Assembly (NCBI GenBank): GCA_046597055.1
Contig: JBKJLC010000052.1
Coordinates: 1-64,000, forward strand
Reading direction: 5' to 3'
Source of the DNA: Kofleriaceae bacterium
Lineage (GTDB): Bacteria; Myxococcota_A; Polyangia; Haliangiales; Haliangiaceae
DNA length: 64,000 nucleotides
Positions within the stretch are counted from its first letter, which is position 1, and each line of letters opens with the position of its first letter. The notes below the pieces were generated by a model. The model saw only the letters and a list, made by a program, of their open reading frames with translations, did not search any database and was not told where the DNA came from. This document shows positions 27,174 through 37,765 of the stretch, piece after piece. A program made the position numbers and the translations under genes.

Positions 27174-27486
27174 CCGGACCACCGAGCGGATGGGCGTCCA
27201 TCGACCGCGGCCCTCGCGCGCGCTCGGGCCTGGCTCTGGACCAACGGGGGTGGCGGGTTTCGCCACGTCAGCCGGGTGGAGTCACGAGGCGCGGCGAGCG
27301 CGACGAGCGGGGGTGGCCGGCGTCGTTCGACGACGGCCCTCGCACACGCCTTCGGTCCTGGACGAACCGGGGAGCGAGGGCTTCGGGGCGTGCGGACGTG
27401 CGCGGGGGCCCGTCTGAGACCGAGCGAGGAAGCCCGGATGCGAGGCGACGGGAGGGGCCCCACGAGGAGCAGCCGTCTGGCTGTGA

Positions 27487-27594
27487 CGAAGTGGGGAGGG
27501 CCCGGCAACGACGCAGACGGGCTCCGCAGCCGGTCTCAGCGGCGAAGTGGGGAGGACCCGGCAACAGGCAGACGGGCTCCGCAGCCGGTCTCAG
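27487..27594. repeat. Two near-identical ~52-53 bp direct repeats (REP/MITE-like) between convergent genes
   Basis: 27487-27539 and 27543-27594: CGAAGTGGGGAGG(G/A)CCCGGCAAC...GCAGACGGGCTCCGCAGCCGGTCTCAG. Confidence 0.8.
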
Positions 27595-27596
27595 AA

Positions 27597-28241
27597 TCAG
27601 AGGCGGTCGCGGAGGCGGCGCAGGCCCAGCTCCGTCTTCGCGTCTTCGAGGTCGCCACGGACGCAGGCGGCGATCGCGGCGTCGAGATCGAGCCAGCGGG
27701 TGGCGGCGCCCTCTTCCATCGGGGAGCCGTCGCCGCCGAGCGGTTCCTGGGTGGCGGGGTCGACCTCGACGGCGGTGAAGTGGAACTTCTCGGCCATGGA
27801 GCCCGGGCTCGGAAAGCAGCCGGCGCCCAGGAGCTCGACCGCGGCAGGGTCGACCCGGAAGCCGGCCTCCTCGTGGACCTCGGCGGCGGCGCGGGTGCGG
27901 ATGCCGGCCTCGCCGTGGTCGCCCTCCTCCAGGATGCCGGCGACCAGCTCGGTGAGGCGCGCGTAGGGGCGGGGATCGGGGAGCGGGGTGCGCGCGGGAT
28001 CGCGGCCGAAGGTCAGGGTCGGTCGCCGGCCGTCACGGACCAGGACCGACACGCCGTCCGGGCGGCGGTGCCACACCACCACGACCACCGCGTCGAGTCC
28101 GTAGGGGCGGACCACGAAGTCGTTGATGTAGCGCGCCGACAGTGAGCCGTCGTCACGGCGATGGCGCAGGTGCAGGCGCCGGATCGCGAGGAACCCGCCG
28201 TCACGTCCGACCACCTCGTCCGACTCGATCTCGTACTCCAT
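27597..28241 (-). CDS. NUDIX hydrolase (ADP-ribose pyrophosphatase-like)
   Basis: ELVAGILE...[11 protein letters not shown]udix box, FPSPG, DAKT. Confidence 0.88.
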   Translation of the reverse strand: MEYEIESDEVVGRDGGFLAIRRLHLRHRRDDGSLSARYINDFVVRPYGLDAVVVVVWHRRPDGVSVLVRDGRRPTLTFGRDPARTPLPDPRPYARLTELVAGILEEGDHGEAGIRTRAAAEVHEEAGFRVDPAAVELLGAGCFPSPGSMAEKFHFTAVEVDPATQEPLGGDGSPMEEGAATRWLDLDAAIAACVRGDLEDAKTELGLRRLRDRL

Positions 28242-28283
28242 GAGCCATGGTAGCGCGCTGGCGAGATCGGGTAGCTTGACGAC

Positions 28284-29126
28284 GTGGGTGAGCTCTCGGG
28301 GTACCGCGCACTGATCACCGGTGCGTCGAGCGGCATCGGCGCCGACATCGCGCGGGCGCTCGCGCGCCGCGGCGCCACGCTGGTCGTGGTCGCGCGCCGT
28401 GACGATCGGCTGCGCACGCTCGCGGCCGAGCTGACCGCCGCGCATGGCGTCGCGGTCGAGGTGATCGCCGCCGACCTGACCGCGGCCGGCGCCGCCGCCG
28501 AGGTCTGGCGCGCCGCCCTCGCCACGGGGCCGGTCGACATCCTGATCAACAACGCTGGCTTCGGTCACTTCCGGCCGTTCGGCGCGGTCGCGATCGCGCG
28601 CGAGCTCGAGATGGTGCAGCTCAACGTCGCGGTGGTGGTCGAGCTCGCCCACGCGTTCGTCGCCGCGCACGTCGGCCGCGACCCGGCCCGGCCCGCGTAC
28701 CTCATGAACGTCTCGTCGATCGCGGCGTGGCAGGCCACCCCGAACTTCGCGACCTACGCCGCGTCGAAGGCGTTCGTCCGCAACTTCTCGGAGGCGCTCT
28801 ACTACGAACAGCGCGGCCGGGGCGTGCAGGTGTCGTGTCTGTGCCCGGGCGGCACCACCACCGACTTCCATGCGGTCGCCGGCGCCGGCAACTACGGCAA
28901 GCTTGCCAACGCGTCGATGCTGTCGGCGGCGGCGGTCGCCGAGCAGGGCGTGCGCGCGCTCCTGCGCGGCAAGAAGACGCTGGTCACCGGGGTGCTGAAC
29001 AAGATCGCGTGCTTTTTCACCGGCCTCCTGCCGCGCTGGATCGCGTCGCGGGCATCGGTGTTCGTGATGGGCCGACCGCGCACCGACGCCCTGCCGGCTC
29101 GCACCACACCCCCGTCATCATCATGA
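28284..29126 (+). CDS. Short-chain dehydrogenase/reductase
   Basis: [21 protein letters not shown]. Confidence 0.95.
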   Translation: MGELSGYRALITGASSGIGADIARALARRGATLVVVARRDDRLRTLAAELTAAHGVAVEVIAADLTAAGAAAEVWRAALATGPVDILINNAGFGHFRPFGAVAIARELEMVQLNVAVVVELAHAFVAAHVGRDPARPAYLMNVSSIAAWQATPNFATYAASKAFVRNFSEALYYEQRGRGVQVSCLCPGGTTTDFHAVAGAGNYGKLANASMLSAAAVAEQGVRALLRGKKTLVTGVLNKIACFFTGLLPRWIASRASVFVMGRPRTDALPARTTPPSSS

Positions 29127-30151
29127 CCACCGCCGCCGACAACCACCGCCGCTGGGACGGCTCGTCCCGTGGGCACTACGAGGTCTGGTACCTGACCTGC
29201 AACGATCCGCAGACCGGCGACGGCTACTGGATCCGCTACACGCTCGAGGCGCCCCAGGCCGGCGTCGGTGAGCCGTACGCGCAGATCTGGTTCGCCCGGT
29301 TCGACGCCGGCACCGACGGTCCGGCGCGCACGTTCGGGATCAATCGCAAGCTGCCGATCGCGTCGCTCACGGCCGCGACCGAGCCGTTCGAGATCGCGCT
29401 CGGTGGGAGCCGGCTCGGCAACGACCACGCGACCGGCGCGGTCTCGGGCGATGGCCACGCCGCCGAGTGGGACCTGCGCTGGACGCCGGCGACCCGGACC
29501 CTGCACCAGCTGCCCGCCGTGATGTACCGCCGCGGCGGGCTCGGCGAGACCACGGTGCTGTCGCCCAACGTCGACGTGGCGCTGTCGGGATCGATCACGG
29601 TCGATGGCACCCGGTTCCTGCTGGCAGGGGCGCCCGGCGGTCAGACCCATCTGTGGGGCAAGAAGCACGCGCATGCCTGGGGCTGGGGCCACTGCAACGC
29701 GTTCGAAGGACACCCGGGCGCGGTGCTCGAGGTGCTGGCACCGCGGCTCAAGCGCGGCGGCTTCATGCTGCCGCCGATGACGGTGTGCACCCTGCGGGTC
29801 GGCGGCGAGGAGCTCGCGTTCACCCGCTTCGACCAGGCGCTGCGGGCGCCGCGCGCGGAGCTGGCGACCGGTCGGTTCCGGTTTGCCGCCGGCGGCCTGA
29901 CCGCCCGGCTCGAGGGCGAGTTCAGCTGCCGTCCCGAAGATCTCGTGCGCGCCGAGTACCACGACCCCGATGGCGAGCCGTCGTACTGCCACAACTCGTG
30001 CGTCGCCGACCTGCGGGTAACGGTGTACCGCCGGGCCGGCACCCGCTGGCGCGAGGACGTGCGGTTGGTGGCGCCGCGGCGCGGGCACTTCGAGATCGCA
30101 GGACGGACGCCCGATCCGGCGGTCACGAACCGGCACGTCACGGTGGGTTAG
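29123..30151 (+). CDS. Hypothetical protein, tocopherol-cyclase/AttH-like beta-rich fold
   Basis: HYEVWYL, WIRYT, WDL.W, QTHLWGKKHAHAWGW; ATGA overlap with SDR stop. Confidence 0.6.
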   Translation: MTTAADNHRRWDGSSRGHYEVWYLTCNDPQTGDGYWIRYTLEAPQAGVGEPYAQIWFARFDAGTDGPARTFGINRKLPIASLTAATEPFEIALGGSRLGNDHATGAVSGDGHAAEWDLRWTPATRTLHQLPAVMYRRGGLGETTVLSPNVDVALSGSITVDGTRFLLAGAPGGQTHLWGKKHAHAWGWGHCNAFEGHPGAVLEVLAPRLKRGGFMLPPMTVCTLRVGGEELAFTRFDQALRAPRAELATGRFRFAAGGLTARLEGEFSCRPEDLVRAEYHDPDGEPSYCHNSCVADLRVTVYRRAGTRWREDVRLVAPRRGHFEIAGRTPDPAVTNRHVTVG

Positions 30152-30196
30152 TCCCGCCAGCTCCGACCCGCGAGGGTTGGTGTAGAGTGCCCGCCC

Positions 30197-31300
30197 GTGC
30201 CGCTTCGTACTCCGCTCAACGACGCTCACCGCGCTCTCGGCGCTCGCATGATCGACTTCGGGGGCTGGGACATGCCCGTGTCCTACCCGGCAGGGACGAT
30301 CAAGGAGCACAAGGCCGTGCGCGAGGCGGTCGGCATCTTCGACGTCTCGCACATGGGCGAGGCGTGGGTGCGCGGTCCGCGCGCGACCGAGGCCGTGCAA
30401 CTGCTGACGACCAACGACGTCGGCGGCGCCGCGGTCGGCAAGGCGGTCTACACGCTGCTGTGCCGGCCCGACGGCGGCATCGTCGACGACTGCATCTGGT
30501 ACAAGCGCTCGCCGACCGAGTACTTCGTGATCGTCAACGCGTCCAACACCGCCAAGGACCTGGCGTGGATGCGCGAGCACCTCGGCGAGGGCGCCGAACT
30601 CGAGGACGTGTCGGAGGCGACCGCGCTGATCGCGGTGCAGGGCCCCAAGGCGATCGCGCTGGTCGACCGGCTGGCCGAGGGCAAGCTCGCCGCCATGGCG
30701 AAGTTCACGTTCGCCGACGCGGTCGTCGCCGGGGTGACCTGCGTGGCGGCCCGCACCGGCTACACCGGCGAGGACGGCTTCGAGCTGGCGTGCGCCAACG
30801 ACGACGCGCCGCGGCTGTGGGAGGCGCTGCTCGCGGGCGGCGCCGCCGACGGCATCCTCGCCTGCGGCCTGGGCGCGCGCGACAGCCTGCGCCTCGAGTC
30901 GAAGCTGCCGCTGTACGGCAACGACCTCGACGACACCACCTCGCCGCTCGAGGCGGGGCTCGGCTGGGCGGTCAAGCTCGACAAGGGCGACTTCATCGGT
31001 CGCGACGCGCTGATGGCGCAGAAGCAGCACGGCCTGCGCCGCCAGCTGACCGGGTTCCGCATCGACGACCGCGCGATCGCGCGCCATGGCTACGACGTGG
31101 TCGACCGCACCCGCGACGCCGGCGACCAGGTGATCGGGACCGTCACCAGCGGCGGCCCCGGCATCTCGGTGGGCGGCGCGATCGGTCTGGCCTACCTGCC
31201 GCCGGCATGGGCGGCCCCGGGCACCGCCCTCACCATCGATTGCCGCGGCAAGGACGTCGCGGCAACGGTCGTGAAGGGCAAGTTCTACACGCGACCCTGA
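30197..31300 (+). CDS. gcvT: Glycine cleavage system aminomethyltransferase T
   Basis: [38 protein letters not shown]. Confidence 0.97.
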   Translation: MPLRTPLNDAHRALGARMIDFGGWDMPVSYPAGTIKEHKAVREAVGIFDVSHMGEAWVRGPRATEAVQLLTTNDVGGAAVGKAVYTLLCRPDGGIVDDCIWYKRSPTEYFVIVNASNTAKDLAWMREHLGEGAELEDVSEATALIAVQGPKAIALVDRLAEGKLAAMAKFTFADAVVAGVTCVAARTGYTGEDGFELACANDDAPRLWEALLAGGAADGILACGLGARDSLRLESKLPLYGNDLDDTTSPLEAGLGWAVKLDKGDFIGRDALMAQKQHGLRRQLTGFRIDDRAIARHGYDVVDRTRDAGDQVIGTVTSGGPGISVGGAIGLAYLPPAWAAPGTALTIDCRGKDVAATVVKGKFYTRP

Positions 31301-31330
31301 GCACCCCTGACGCTGAGCGAGGACGAGCCG

Positions 31331-31717
31331 ATGAGCGACTTTCCCCAGGACCTCCGCTACACCAACGATCACGAGTGGCTGCGCGCGGCCGGCAACGGCT
31401 TCGCCGTCGGCATCACCCAGTTCGCCGTCGATCAGCTCGGCGACATCACGCTGGTCGACCTGCCGAAGGCAGGTGACCTGGTCACCAAGGGCCAGCGCTT
31501 CGGGACCATCGAGAGCGTCAAGTCGGTCTCCGACCTGTACGCGCCGGTGTCGGGCCGGGTCGCCAAGGTGAACGACGCGCTGAAGGATCAGCCCGAGCTG
31601 GTGAACTCGGACTGCTACGGCCAGGCGTGGATGATCGAGATCGAGCCGTCGGATACGATCGATCTCGACGCGCTGCTGACGCCGGCTGCGTACGCGGCTC
31701 ACACCGCCGCGAGCTGA
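31331..31717 (+). CDS. gcvH: Glycine cleavage system H protein
   Basis: YTNDHEW, GITQFAVDQLGD, IESVKSVSD (lipoyl Lys). Confidence 0.97.
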   Translation: MSDFPQDLRYTNDHEWLRAAGNGFAVGITQFAVDQLGDITLVDLPKAGDLVTKGQRFGTIESVKSVSDLYAPVSGRVAKVNDALKDQPELVNSDCYGQAWMIEIEPSDTIDLDALLTPAAYAAHTAAS

Positions 31718-31898
31718 GCGGGCGCGCGCGGCCTCCTTCGAGCGCGAGCCCGAGGGTCGAAGGGCGTCGCTCGGGATTGAACACAACTCGCCATGCGATC
31801 GGAAGCGCTTCACCTTTTCCGGAGGGGTGTGCGGGATCCTGAGGGCGCCGTTCGACGGTTCGAAGGGCCTCGGGCGACCTATGCGAGGTGTCAGGCGG

Positions 31899-33374
31899 TC
31901 ACATGGCGCGGAAGATCTGCCACTGCGAGCGCCCGTTGTTGACCTCCAGGTGGAAGCCGAACTCGAACGAGATGGCGCCGGTGGCATCGACCAGGCCGAC
32001 GGGCGGGTTCGGGAACGGCTGGGCGGCCCGGAAGGCGCGCATCGCCTCGTCGTCGAGGACATCGACGCCCGAGGGTGATACCACGATGACCTTCCGCAGC
32101 GCGCCGTTCGGGCCAAGCGTGATGCGCAGGCGGGTGAGGCGGCTCTTGGCGCCGTAGACGGTGCCGGTCGGATCGTGGCGCCGCCACACGCTCACCGGAT
32201 CCCAGTTCTGGTGGACCCGCCGCTTCATGCGATTGAAGAAGGACGCGTAGACCCACTGCTTGCTGTTGAGCGCGGTCTCGTCGCCCTCCTCGATCTCCTC
32301 GAGATGATCGACCGAGCCGCCGCCGAGGGCGCGCTCGAGCACGTCCTCCGACGCGCGCAGGTCGGGCACCTTGGGCGAACCGCCCCCCGCGCCGCCGTCG
32401 CCGCGCGGCAGCTCCGACGGCCGTCGCTCGTCGGTGGAGATCCGACCGTTGCCGCGGCGCACCTCGCGCCCGTCGCCGACCGGATCGAGGCGGCCGTCGG
32501 CGGCGCCGCGCTCGTGGGGCTCCTGTGCGACCTCGACCGGATCAGGGGCACCGGGCGCGCGCATGCTCAAGGAGCCCGGCACCCGCGGCGCGTCGGGATT
32601 CTTGCCGACCGCGTCGTCCTTGGGCGGCTCCGCGACCGACGGGTCGCGCGGCTCGGGCTTGACCGCGAGCTCGGCGGGCTTGGATCGCGCGACCAGGTCC
32701 TCCTGGTTGGAGCCGCGCGCGACGGTCTGGCGCTCGACCTTCGTGTTGTGCTCCGACACGAACCGGGTGTCGTCGGGCGCCAGCTCGGTGGTGGGCTTGA
32801 CGGTCTCGATGGTCTGAGGCGGGCGAGTGACCGGCGCCGGCGGCGGCGAGGGCTGAACCGCCTGGGCCACCTGCGGTTGTTCCGGCGGGGTCGGGGTCAG
32901 CGGCGTGGGCGGCGTGGGTGACGGCGGCGGCGGCTCCGGCGTCAGCGTCTCGAGCAGCGGCTCGGGATCGAGCTGGGGCAGCTTGCGGCCGTCGACCCGG
33001 TCGAAGGTGAACGCGACCGGGGCCAGCTCCTCGACGTGGCAGCGCAGCCGGTCGCTCTCGAGTCGGCCCGTCAGCTCGGCGACGCAGCGGGCCCGGTCGT
33101 CGACGAAGGGCGACGCACACGTGAGCGCGCGGGCCGCGACCGCGAGCAGCGCGTCGCCATCGCAGGTCGGCTCGAGCGGCGGCAGCGGAATGGCGGGGCC
33201 CGTCGAGAGCCGCGCGGTCGGCGGCTGGCCGAGGTCGTCCCAGCCGGCCCCGAACAGGTGAGTGGCGCTGGCCACGCCCGCCGCGGCCGCGTGAATGATC
33301 GCGGCGACAAGGACCGAGGCGCCGACCGCGCTGCGATCGTGCCGTGTGCGACGGGAGCCGCCGGGCGCCGTCAT
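31899..33374 (-). CDS. TonB C-terminal domain protein
   Basis: N-terminal TM with S..H pattern, 4-Cys segment, Pro-rich linker, C-terminal SG..LD.EA..A...A.PFPNPP. Confidence 0.8.
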   Translation of the reverse strand: MTAPGGSRRTRHDRSAVGASVLVAAIIHAAAAGVASATHLFGAGWDDLGQPPTARLSTGPAIPLPPLEPTCDGDALLAVAARALTCASPFVDDRARCVAELTGRLESDRLRCHVEELAPVAFTFDRVDGRKLPQLDPEPLLETLTPEPPPPSPTPPTPLTPTPPEQPQVAQAVQPSPPPAPVTRPPQTIETVKPTTELAPDDTRFVSEHNTKVERQTVARGSNQEDLVARSKPAELAVKPEPRDPSVAEPPKDDAVGKNPDAPRVPGSLSMRAPGAPDPVEVAQEPHERGAADGRLDPVGDGREVRRGNGRISTDERRPSELPRGDGGAGGGSPKVPDLRASEDVLERALGGGSVDHLEEIEEGDETALNSKQWVYASFFNRMKRRVHQNWDPVSVWRRHDPTGTVYGAKSRLTRLRITLGPNGALRKVIVVSPSGVDVLDDEAMRAFRAAQPFPNPPVGLVDATGAISFEFGFHLEVNNGRSQWQIFRAM

Positions 33375-33492
33375 GGACCTGCCGAGTATACGCCGGGGTC
33401 CAAGGCCGGCCACCGAGTTTCCACCGGGGACTGGCCGGACGCGCGCGAATCCGCGGGAGCCGACCACGCGCACCGGCGCGCGCCGGGCGTCG

Positions 33493-34740
33493 TCAGCGGA
33501 TCATCGGGCTGCGAAACGTGTACGGGATCATGATGGTGATCGCGGGCTTGCCCTCGAGGAGCGCGACCGGCACCGGCGGCAGCCGGCGGACGCCACGCAA
33601 CGCGCCGACCAGCTGGTCATCGAACTGGCGGTGGCCGCTCGAGGCGTGCACGTCGACCCCGGTCAGCTCGCCATCGGCGCGCAGGGTCACCAGCGCGACC
33701 ACCCGGCCCGAGATCATGCCGAGCGCCAGCTCGCGCGGGTAAATGATGGCGCGGTCGAGGCGGCGGAATAGCTCGATGAAGTACGCGTCCTGGCGCGACG
33801 CGTAGGTGGGGACACCGCCGCGGCCTTGGCCCGCGCGCGAGGCCGCGGTGCCGGCTCCCCGGCCGTCGGCGAGCTGGCCGGGTGCCTCGCGACCCCGTAC
33901 GCCCTCGCCGGCATGGTCGCCGCCGGCCCGTGGCGCGGTGAGGTCGAACGGGTCGACGTTGCGCTGGTTGGAGGCCGCAGCCACCGCCCGATCGTCGGCG
34001 GTCGCGCCCTTCCGGCGGACGTCGACCGACCGCTCGCCCTGGTCGACGAACGCGGCCTCGTGGGTCGGCTGGGGGGCGCCGTCGACCCGCGCCGGGATGG
34101 TGGTGCCGGGAGTGCCGCTCACGGCGTCGGGGGCCGCGGCCGGTGTCGCCACCGTGGCGGCGGCGCGACCAGTGCCGGTGGCGTCGCCGGTCGAAGCGAC
34201 CTCGGCGCCGGCGGCGGCGCGCCGGCGAGGCGCCCGATCGCCGTACGTGTGCGCGGCGTGGCGCGTGATCGCCTCGGTCGAGGCGGCCGGCCGGCGACCG
34301 GCCTCGCGCGCGGCGCGATAGGCGTCGACCGCGTTCCAGATCCGGCTGCGCAGCGAGGTGTCGTCGGCGCGGTCACGTCGCTCGGTCCAGCTCGCGGTCC
34401 CGCCCTCGGCGCCACCGCCGCGGTCAGCCGCGCGGTCGCCGGGCAGGTCGGTGGACCGCGGCAGGCGCGCCCCGGTGCCGTCGGCCATGGCGTCGCCGGT
34501 GCCGAGGATCGCGTCGAGCGAGAGCGCAGGCGGCGACGCCCCGACCAGCGCGACCTCGGCGAACCGGAGCGGCCCCGGCCACGGGCGCTCGTCGGCAGGC
34601 GGCGCCGACGCGCTCGCGGCAGGCGCGTGGACGGGCAGCTGGACGTGGTCGAGCACCAGCACCAGCCCGGCGTTCACGAGGGCGGCCGCGGCGAGCGCGT
34701 TCCATCCCCGCGTGGGCCGGCGCACCGGTGGAGCGACCAT
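33493..34740 (-). CDS. TonB C-terminal domain protein
   Basis: N-terminal TM, low-complexity linker, YP..L...G.V..L.ADG....V..SSG..FD C-terminal domain. Confidence 0.75.
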   Translation of the reverse strand: MVAPPVRRPTRGWNALAAAALVNAGLVLVLDHVQLPVHAPAASASAPPADERPWPGPLRFAEVALVGASPPALSLDAILGTGDAMADGTGARLPRSTDLPGDRAADRGGGAEGGTASWTERRDRADDTSLRSRIWNAVDAYRAAREAGRRPAASTEAITRHAAHTYGDRAPRRRAAAGAEVASTGDATGTGRAAATVATPAAAPDAVSGTPGTTIPARVDGAPQPTHEAAFVDQGERSVDVRRKGATADDRAVAAASNQRNVDPFDLTAPRAGGDHAGEGVRGREAPGQLADGRGAGTAASRAGQGRGGVPTYASRQDAYFIELFRRLDRAIIYPRELALGMISGRVVALVTLRADGELTGVDVHASSGHRQFDDQLVGALRGVRRLPPVPVALLEGKPAITIMIPYTFRSPMIR

Positions 34741-34855
34741 GGAGCGAGTATGCAACACGCTGGTGGCTCGACCACGCGCGTCGTGTAAGGGTGTGACGTA
34801 CCCGACCCGCGAGGCTGGCTGATCCAGCACCGGGGGCTGGTCGTAGGGAGTGGAA

Positions 34856-35902
34856 ATGATGCGCCTCGCGTCCGGCTACGTCTGTCTCGCGGTCCTGGTG
34901 GGGTGTGGCGGCACGGTCGCGCCTGCTCCGACGACGCCGGTCCCGCCGCCCCCGCCGGCGCCGGTCGCCGCGGCCACGGCCGCCGCGGCCACGCGGCCGG
35001 CGACCCGACCGGTGCTCACCGGGCCGGTCCACGACCGCGCCGCCCAGATCCGGCGCGCCGGCGATCTGCTCGATCAGGCCCAGCAGACCCTCGCCCTCGG
35101 CGATCGCAGCGGCGCCGAGGTGCTGTTCTCCACCGCGGAGCTGCTGGTTGGACCCGAGGCGCTGGCGGCGGTCGCCTCGAGCTTCCGGTCCGGCGGCCCG
35201 CCGCGGATCACCACCGCGCCGATCGCGGTCGCCGACGCGCCGCCGCAGCCGGCGGCGGTCGGCAACTCCGACGACGACGAGGCGGCCGAGGCGGCCAGCG
35301 CCCGCAAGCCGCCCCGCCCGCCCGCGCGCGGCTCGCTGGCCGGCACCCTGAAGATCGGCGGGCGCGCGGGTGGCAGCCTGGCGCTGGTGACGCTCGAGCC
35401 GGTCGGGCGCCGCTGGAAGCCGCGCCCGGTCAAGCGCCGGGTGATGGAGCAGCGCGACCGCCAGTTCGCGCCGCGCCTGATGCTGGTCCCGACCGGCTCG
35501 ACCGTGCAGTTCCCCAACTTCGACGACATCTTCCACAACGTGTTCTCGACCACCGACGGGGGCTTCGACCTCGGCCTCTACCGGCGCGGCGAGGCGCGCG
35601 AGGTGACGTTTCGCAAGGAAGGTATCCTCCGGGTTGGCTGTAACATCCATGCGAACATGTCCGCGACGGTCGTCGTCATCGACGCGCCCCACTACGTGAT
35701 CGCGGACGCCAGCGGTGCTTTTGCGTTCCGCAGCCTGACGCCGGGCCGGTACACGTTGCGGGCCTGGAGCGAGCAGAGCAAGGCGCCCATCACGCAGGCG
35801 ATCACAGTGGCGGTCGGCGCCAACGCGGTCGAGGTCGGGGTCGACGCCGACGCCCAGGCCGGCGCGATACCCGACAAGTTCGGAGCCCCGCGTGGAAAGT
35901 AG
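34856..35902 (+). CDS. Lipoprotein with cupredoxin-like and carboxypeptidase-regulatory-like domains
   Basis: Lipobox LVGC; MEQR..QF.P, G.TV.FPN.D.IFHNVFS, GCNIHANM, G.F....L.PG.Y.L.AW. Confidence 0.8.
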   Translation: MMRLASGYVCLAVLVGCGGTVAPAPTTPVPPPPPAPVAAATAAAATRPATRPVLTGPVHDRAAQIRRAGDLLDQAQQTLALGDRSGAEVLFSTAELLVGPEALAAVASSFRSGGPPRITTAPIAVADAPPQPAAVGNSDDDEAAEAASARKPPRPPARGSLAGTLKIGGRAGGSLALVTLEPVGRRWKPRPVKRRVMEQRDRQFAPRLMLVPTGSTVQFPNFDDIFHNVFSTTDGGFDLGLYRRGEAREVTFRKEGILRVGCNIHANMSATVVVIDAPHYVIADASGAFAFRSLTPGRYTLRAWSEQSKAPITQAITVAVGANAVEVGVDADAQAGAIPDKFGAPRGK

Positions 35903-37697
35903 ACGGCGCGGCTCGCCGGTCCTGGCCGCGCTCGGCGTCGCGCTGGCGGCGGCCGGCGGGGTGCTGGCGGTCGCCGATCGCGGGCGCGCGCCGGCGCCCA
36001 GCGGTGCCACCGCGGAACAGATCGCGGCCGCGGTCGAGGGCCGGCTGACCGTGGCCCGGGCCGCGATCGGCGAGCGCGCGCGGACCTTGGCCGAGCTGCC
36101 CCTGCTGGCCAGCGCGGTCGCGACCGACCAGGCAACCGTGCGCGATCTGACCCAGAACGAGATCGGCTTCCGGCCGCGCGCCGGCGAGGAGATCGAGATC
36201 GCGCAGGTCGACCTCGCGACGGGGACCGTCGCGGTGCTGCTGCGCCTGCCCGACGGCACGCCGCCCCGGCTGCGGCTCGACGCCGCCGGCCAGCACGTCG
36301 ACGTCGATCCGGCGCGGGCCGCGCTGATCGCGTCGGACGTGCGCACGGTGACCCCGTCGGACCCGAACCGCGCGCGCGAGGTGGGCGGGGTGCTCGCGGT
36401 CGGGGCAACCGTCGACCTGGCCCCGGTGGTGGCGCTGCTCGCCGGCGGCGGGGCCCGGGTCGAGGTCGCCGGGAAGGTCCTCGTGCTGGGCGCCCCGCTC
36501 GCCGACCAGGCGGCCACCGTGGTCGCGACGGTGCCGGGCGCGGCCACGGTCAAGGTCGAGGTCGCCCGGCCGCGGCCGGTCGCGCGCGGGCTGGTCGCGG
36601 TCGCCCGCGGCCCGGCGCTCGCGCTGCTCGGCCTGGCGCTCCTGGCGATCGGGCTGGTGCGGCGGCGCCGCGAGGCCGATCCGGCGCCGGTGCCGGTGGC
36701 CGCGCCGGTCGAGGTGTCGGGCGCCGATCGCTTCGGCCGCTACCAGACCCTGAAGCTGATCGGCTCGGGCGGCATGGCCGACGTCTATCTGGCACGTGCG
36801 ACCGGCGAGGCCGGCTTCGAGCGCACGGTCGCGCTCAAGGTGCTCCACCCACACCTCGCCCGCAACGCGAGCGCGGTCAACCACTTCCTCGACGAGGCGC
36901 GGCTCGCTTCGCGCCTGACCCACCCGAGCATCGTGCAGGTGCTCGACCTGGGGAAGACCGGCACCGACTACTTCATCGCGATGGAGCTGGTCGACGGCGC
37001 CGATCTCGATCGCCTGCTGCGCGCCGCCCGTGACCGCGGCGAGCAGGTCCCGCTGCCGATCGCGATGACGATCCTGCGGCGGGTGTGCGACGGCCTGCAC
37101 GCCGCGTACACCGCGCTCGGCGCCGACGGCACGCCGCTCGGGCTCATCCACCGCGACGTCAAGACCGCCAACGTGCTGCTGTCGAAGACGGGGGCGGTCA
37201 AGATCGGTGACTTCGGCATCGCGCGGGCGGCAACCACGGTTCGCACGACGACGATCGGCGAGACCAAGGGCACCGCCGAGGTGATGCCGCCCGAGCAGCG
37301 CATGGGCCAGGAGATCGACGTGCGGGCCGACGTGTACGCCACGGCCGCCCTCGGCTACGAGCTGATGACCGCGGCGACCGTGAACCTCGATCTCGCGGTG
37401 CTGGCCAAGTTTGGCATCGAGGGTTGGCCACACCTGCCGCCGCCGTCGCAGCTGCGTCCGGAGCTGCCGGTCGCCCTCGACGCGGTGCTGATCGGCGCGC
37501 TCGCGTACGACCCGGCGAACCGGCCCCCGTCGTGTGCCGCGCTCGAGGAGCAGCTGGCCGCGATCGCGCACCGCCACCGCCTGAGCGCGGACGACAAGGA
37601 GATCGCGGCCTGGCTCGCGATCCAGCTGCCGCAGCTCCCGGTCGAGGAGCTGGACCGGATCGACGTCGAGGTCGAGTCGGTCGCCCGGCCGTCCTGA
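35892..37697 (+). CDS. Membrane Ser/Thr protein kinase with N-terminal extracytoplasmic region and C-terminal kinase
   Basis: IGSGGMADVY, VALKVL, HRDVKTANV, KIGDFG, MPPEQ, DVYA; hydrophobic segments at the N-terminus and just before the kinase. Confidence 0.92.
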   Translation: MESRRRGSPVLAALGVALAAAGGVLAVADRGRAPAPSGATAEQIAAAVEGRLTVARAAIGERARTLAELPLLASAVATDQATVRDLTQNEIGFRPRAGEEIEIAQVDLATGTVAVLLRLPDGTPPRLRLDAAGQHVDVDPARAALIASDVRTVTPSDPNRAREVGGVLAVGATVDLAPVVALLAGGGARVEVAGKVLVLGAPLADQAATVVATVPGAATVKVEVARPRPVARGLVAVARGPALALLGLALLAIGLVRRRREADPAPVPVAAPVEVSGADRFGRYQTLKLIGSGGMADVYLARATGEAGFERTVALKVLHPHLARNASAVNHFLDEARLASRLTHPSIVQVLDLGKTGTDYFIAMELVDGADLDRLLRAARDRGEQVPLPIAMTILRRVCDGLHAAYTALGADGTPLGLIHRDVKTANVLLSKTGAVKIGDFGIARAATTVRTTTIGETKGTAEVMPPEQRMGQEIDVRADVYATAALGYELMTAATVNLDLAVLAKFGIEGWPHLPPPSQLRPELPVALDAVLIGALAYDPANRPPSCAALEEQLAAIAHRHRLSADDKEIAAWLAIQLPQLPVEELDRIDVEVESVARPS

Positions 37698-37765
37698 CCG
37701 CGGTTCCCGCCGCGGCCCCATGGCAATCGGAGCCCACTTGGTCGAAAGTGGGGCCACCGGTCCGG

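Noticed and set aside
27487..27594. Possible CRISPR array
   Set aside because: Only two units separated by 3 nt, with no spacers and no cas genes
28892..32116. 1074-aa minus-strand ORF and similar long Arg/Ala-rich ORFs throughout
   Set aside because: Antisense or off-frame shadows of recognisable genes such as gcvT and gcvH; no domain motifs
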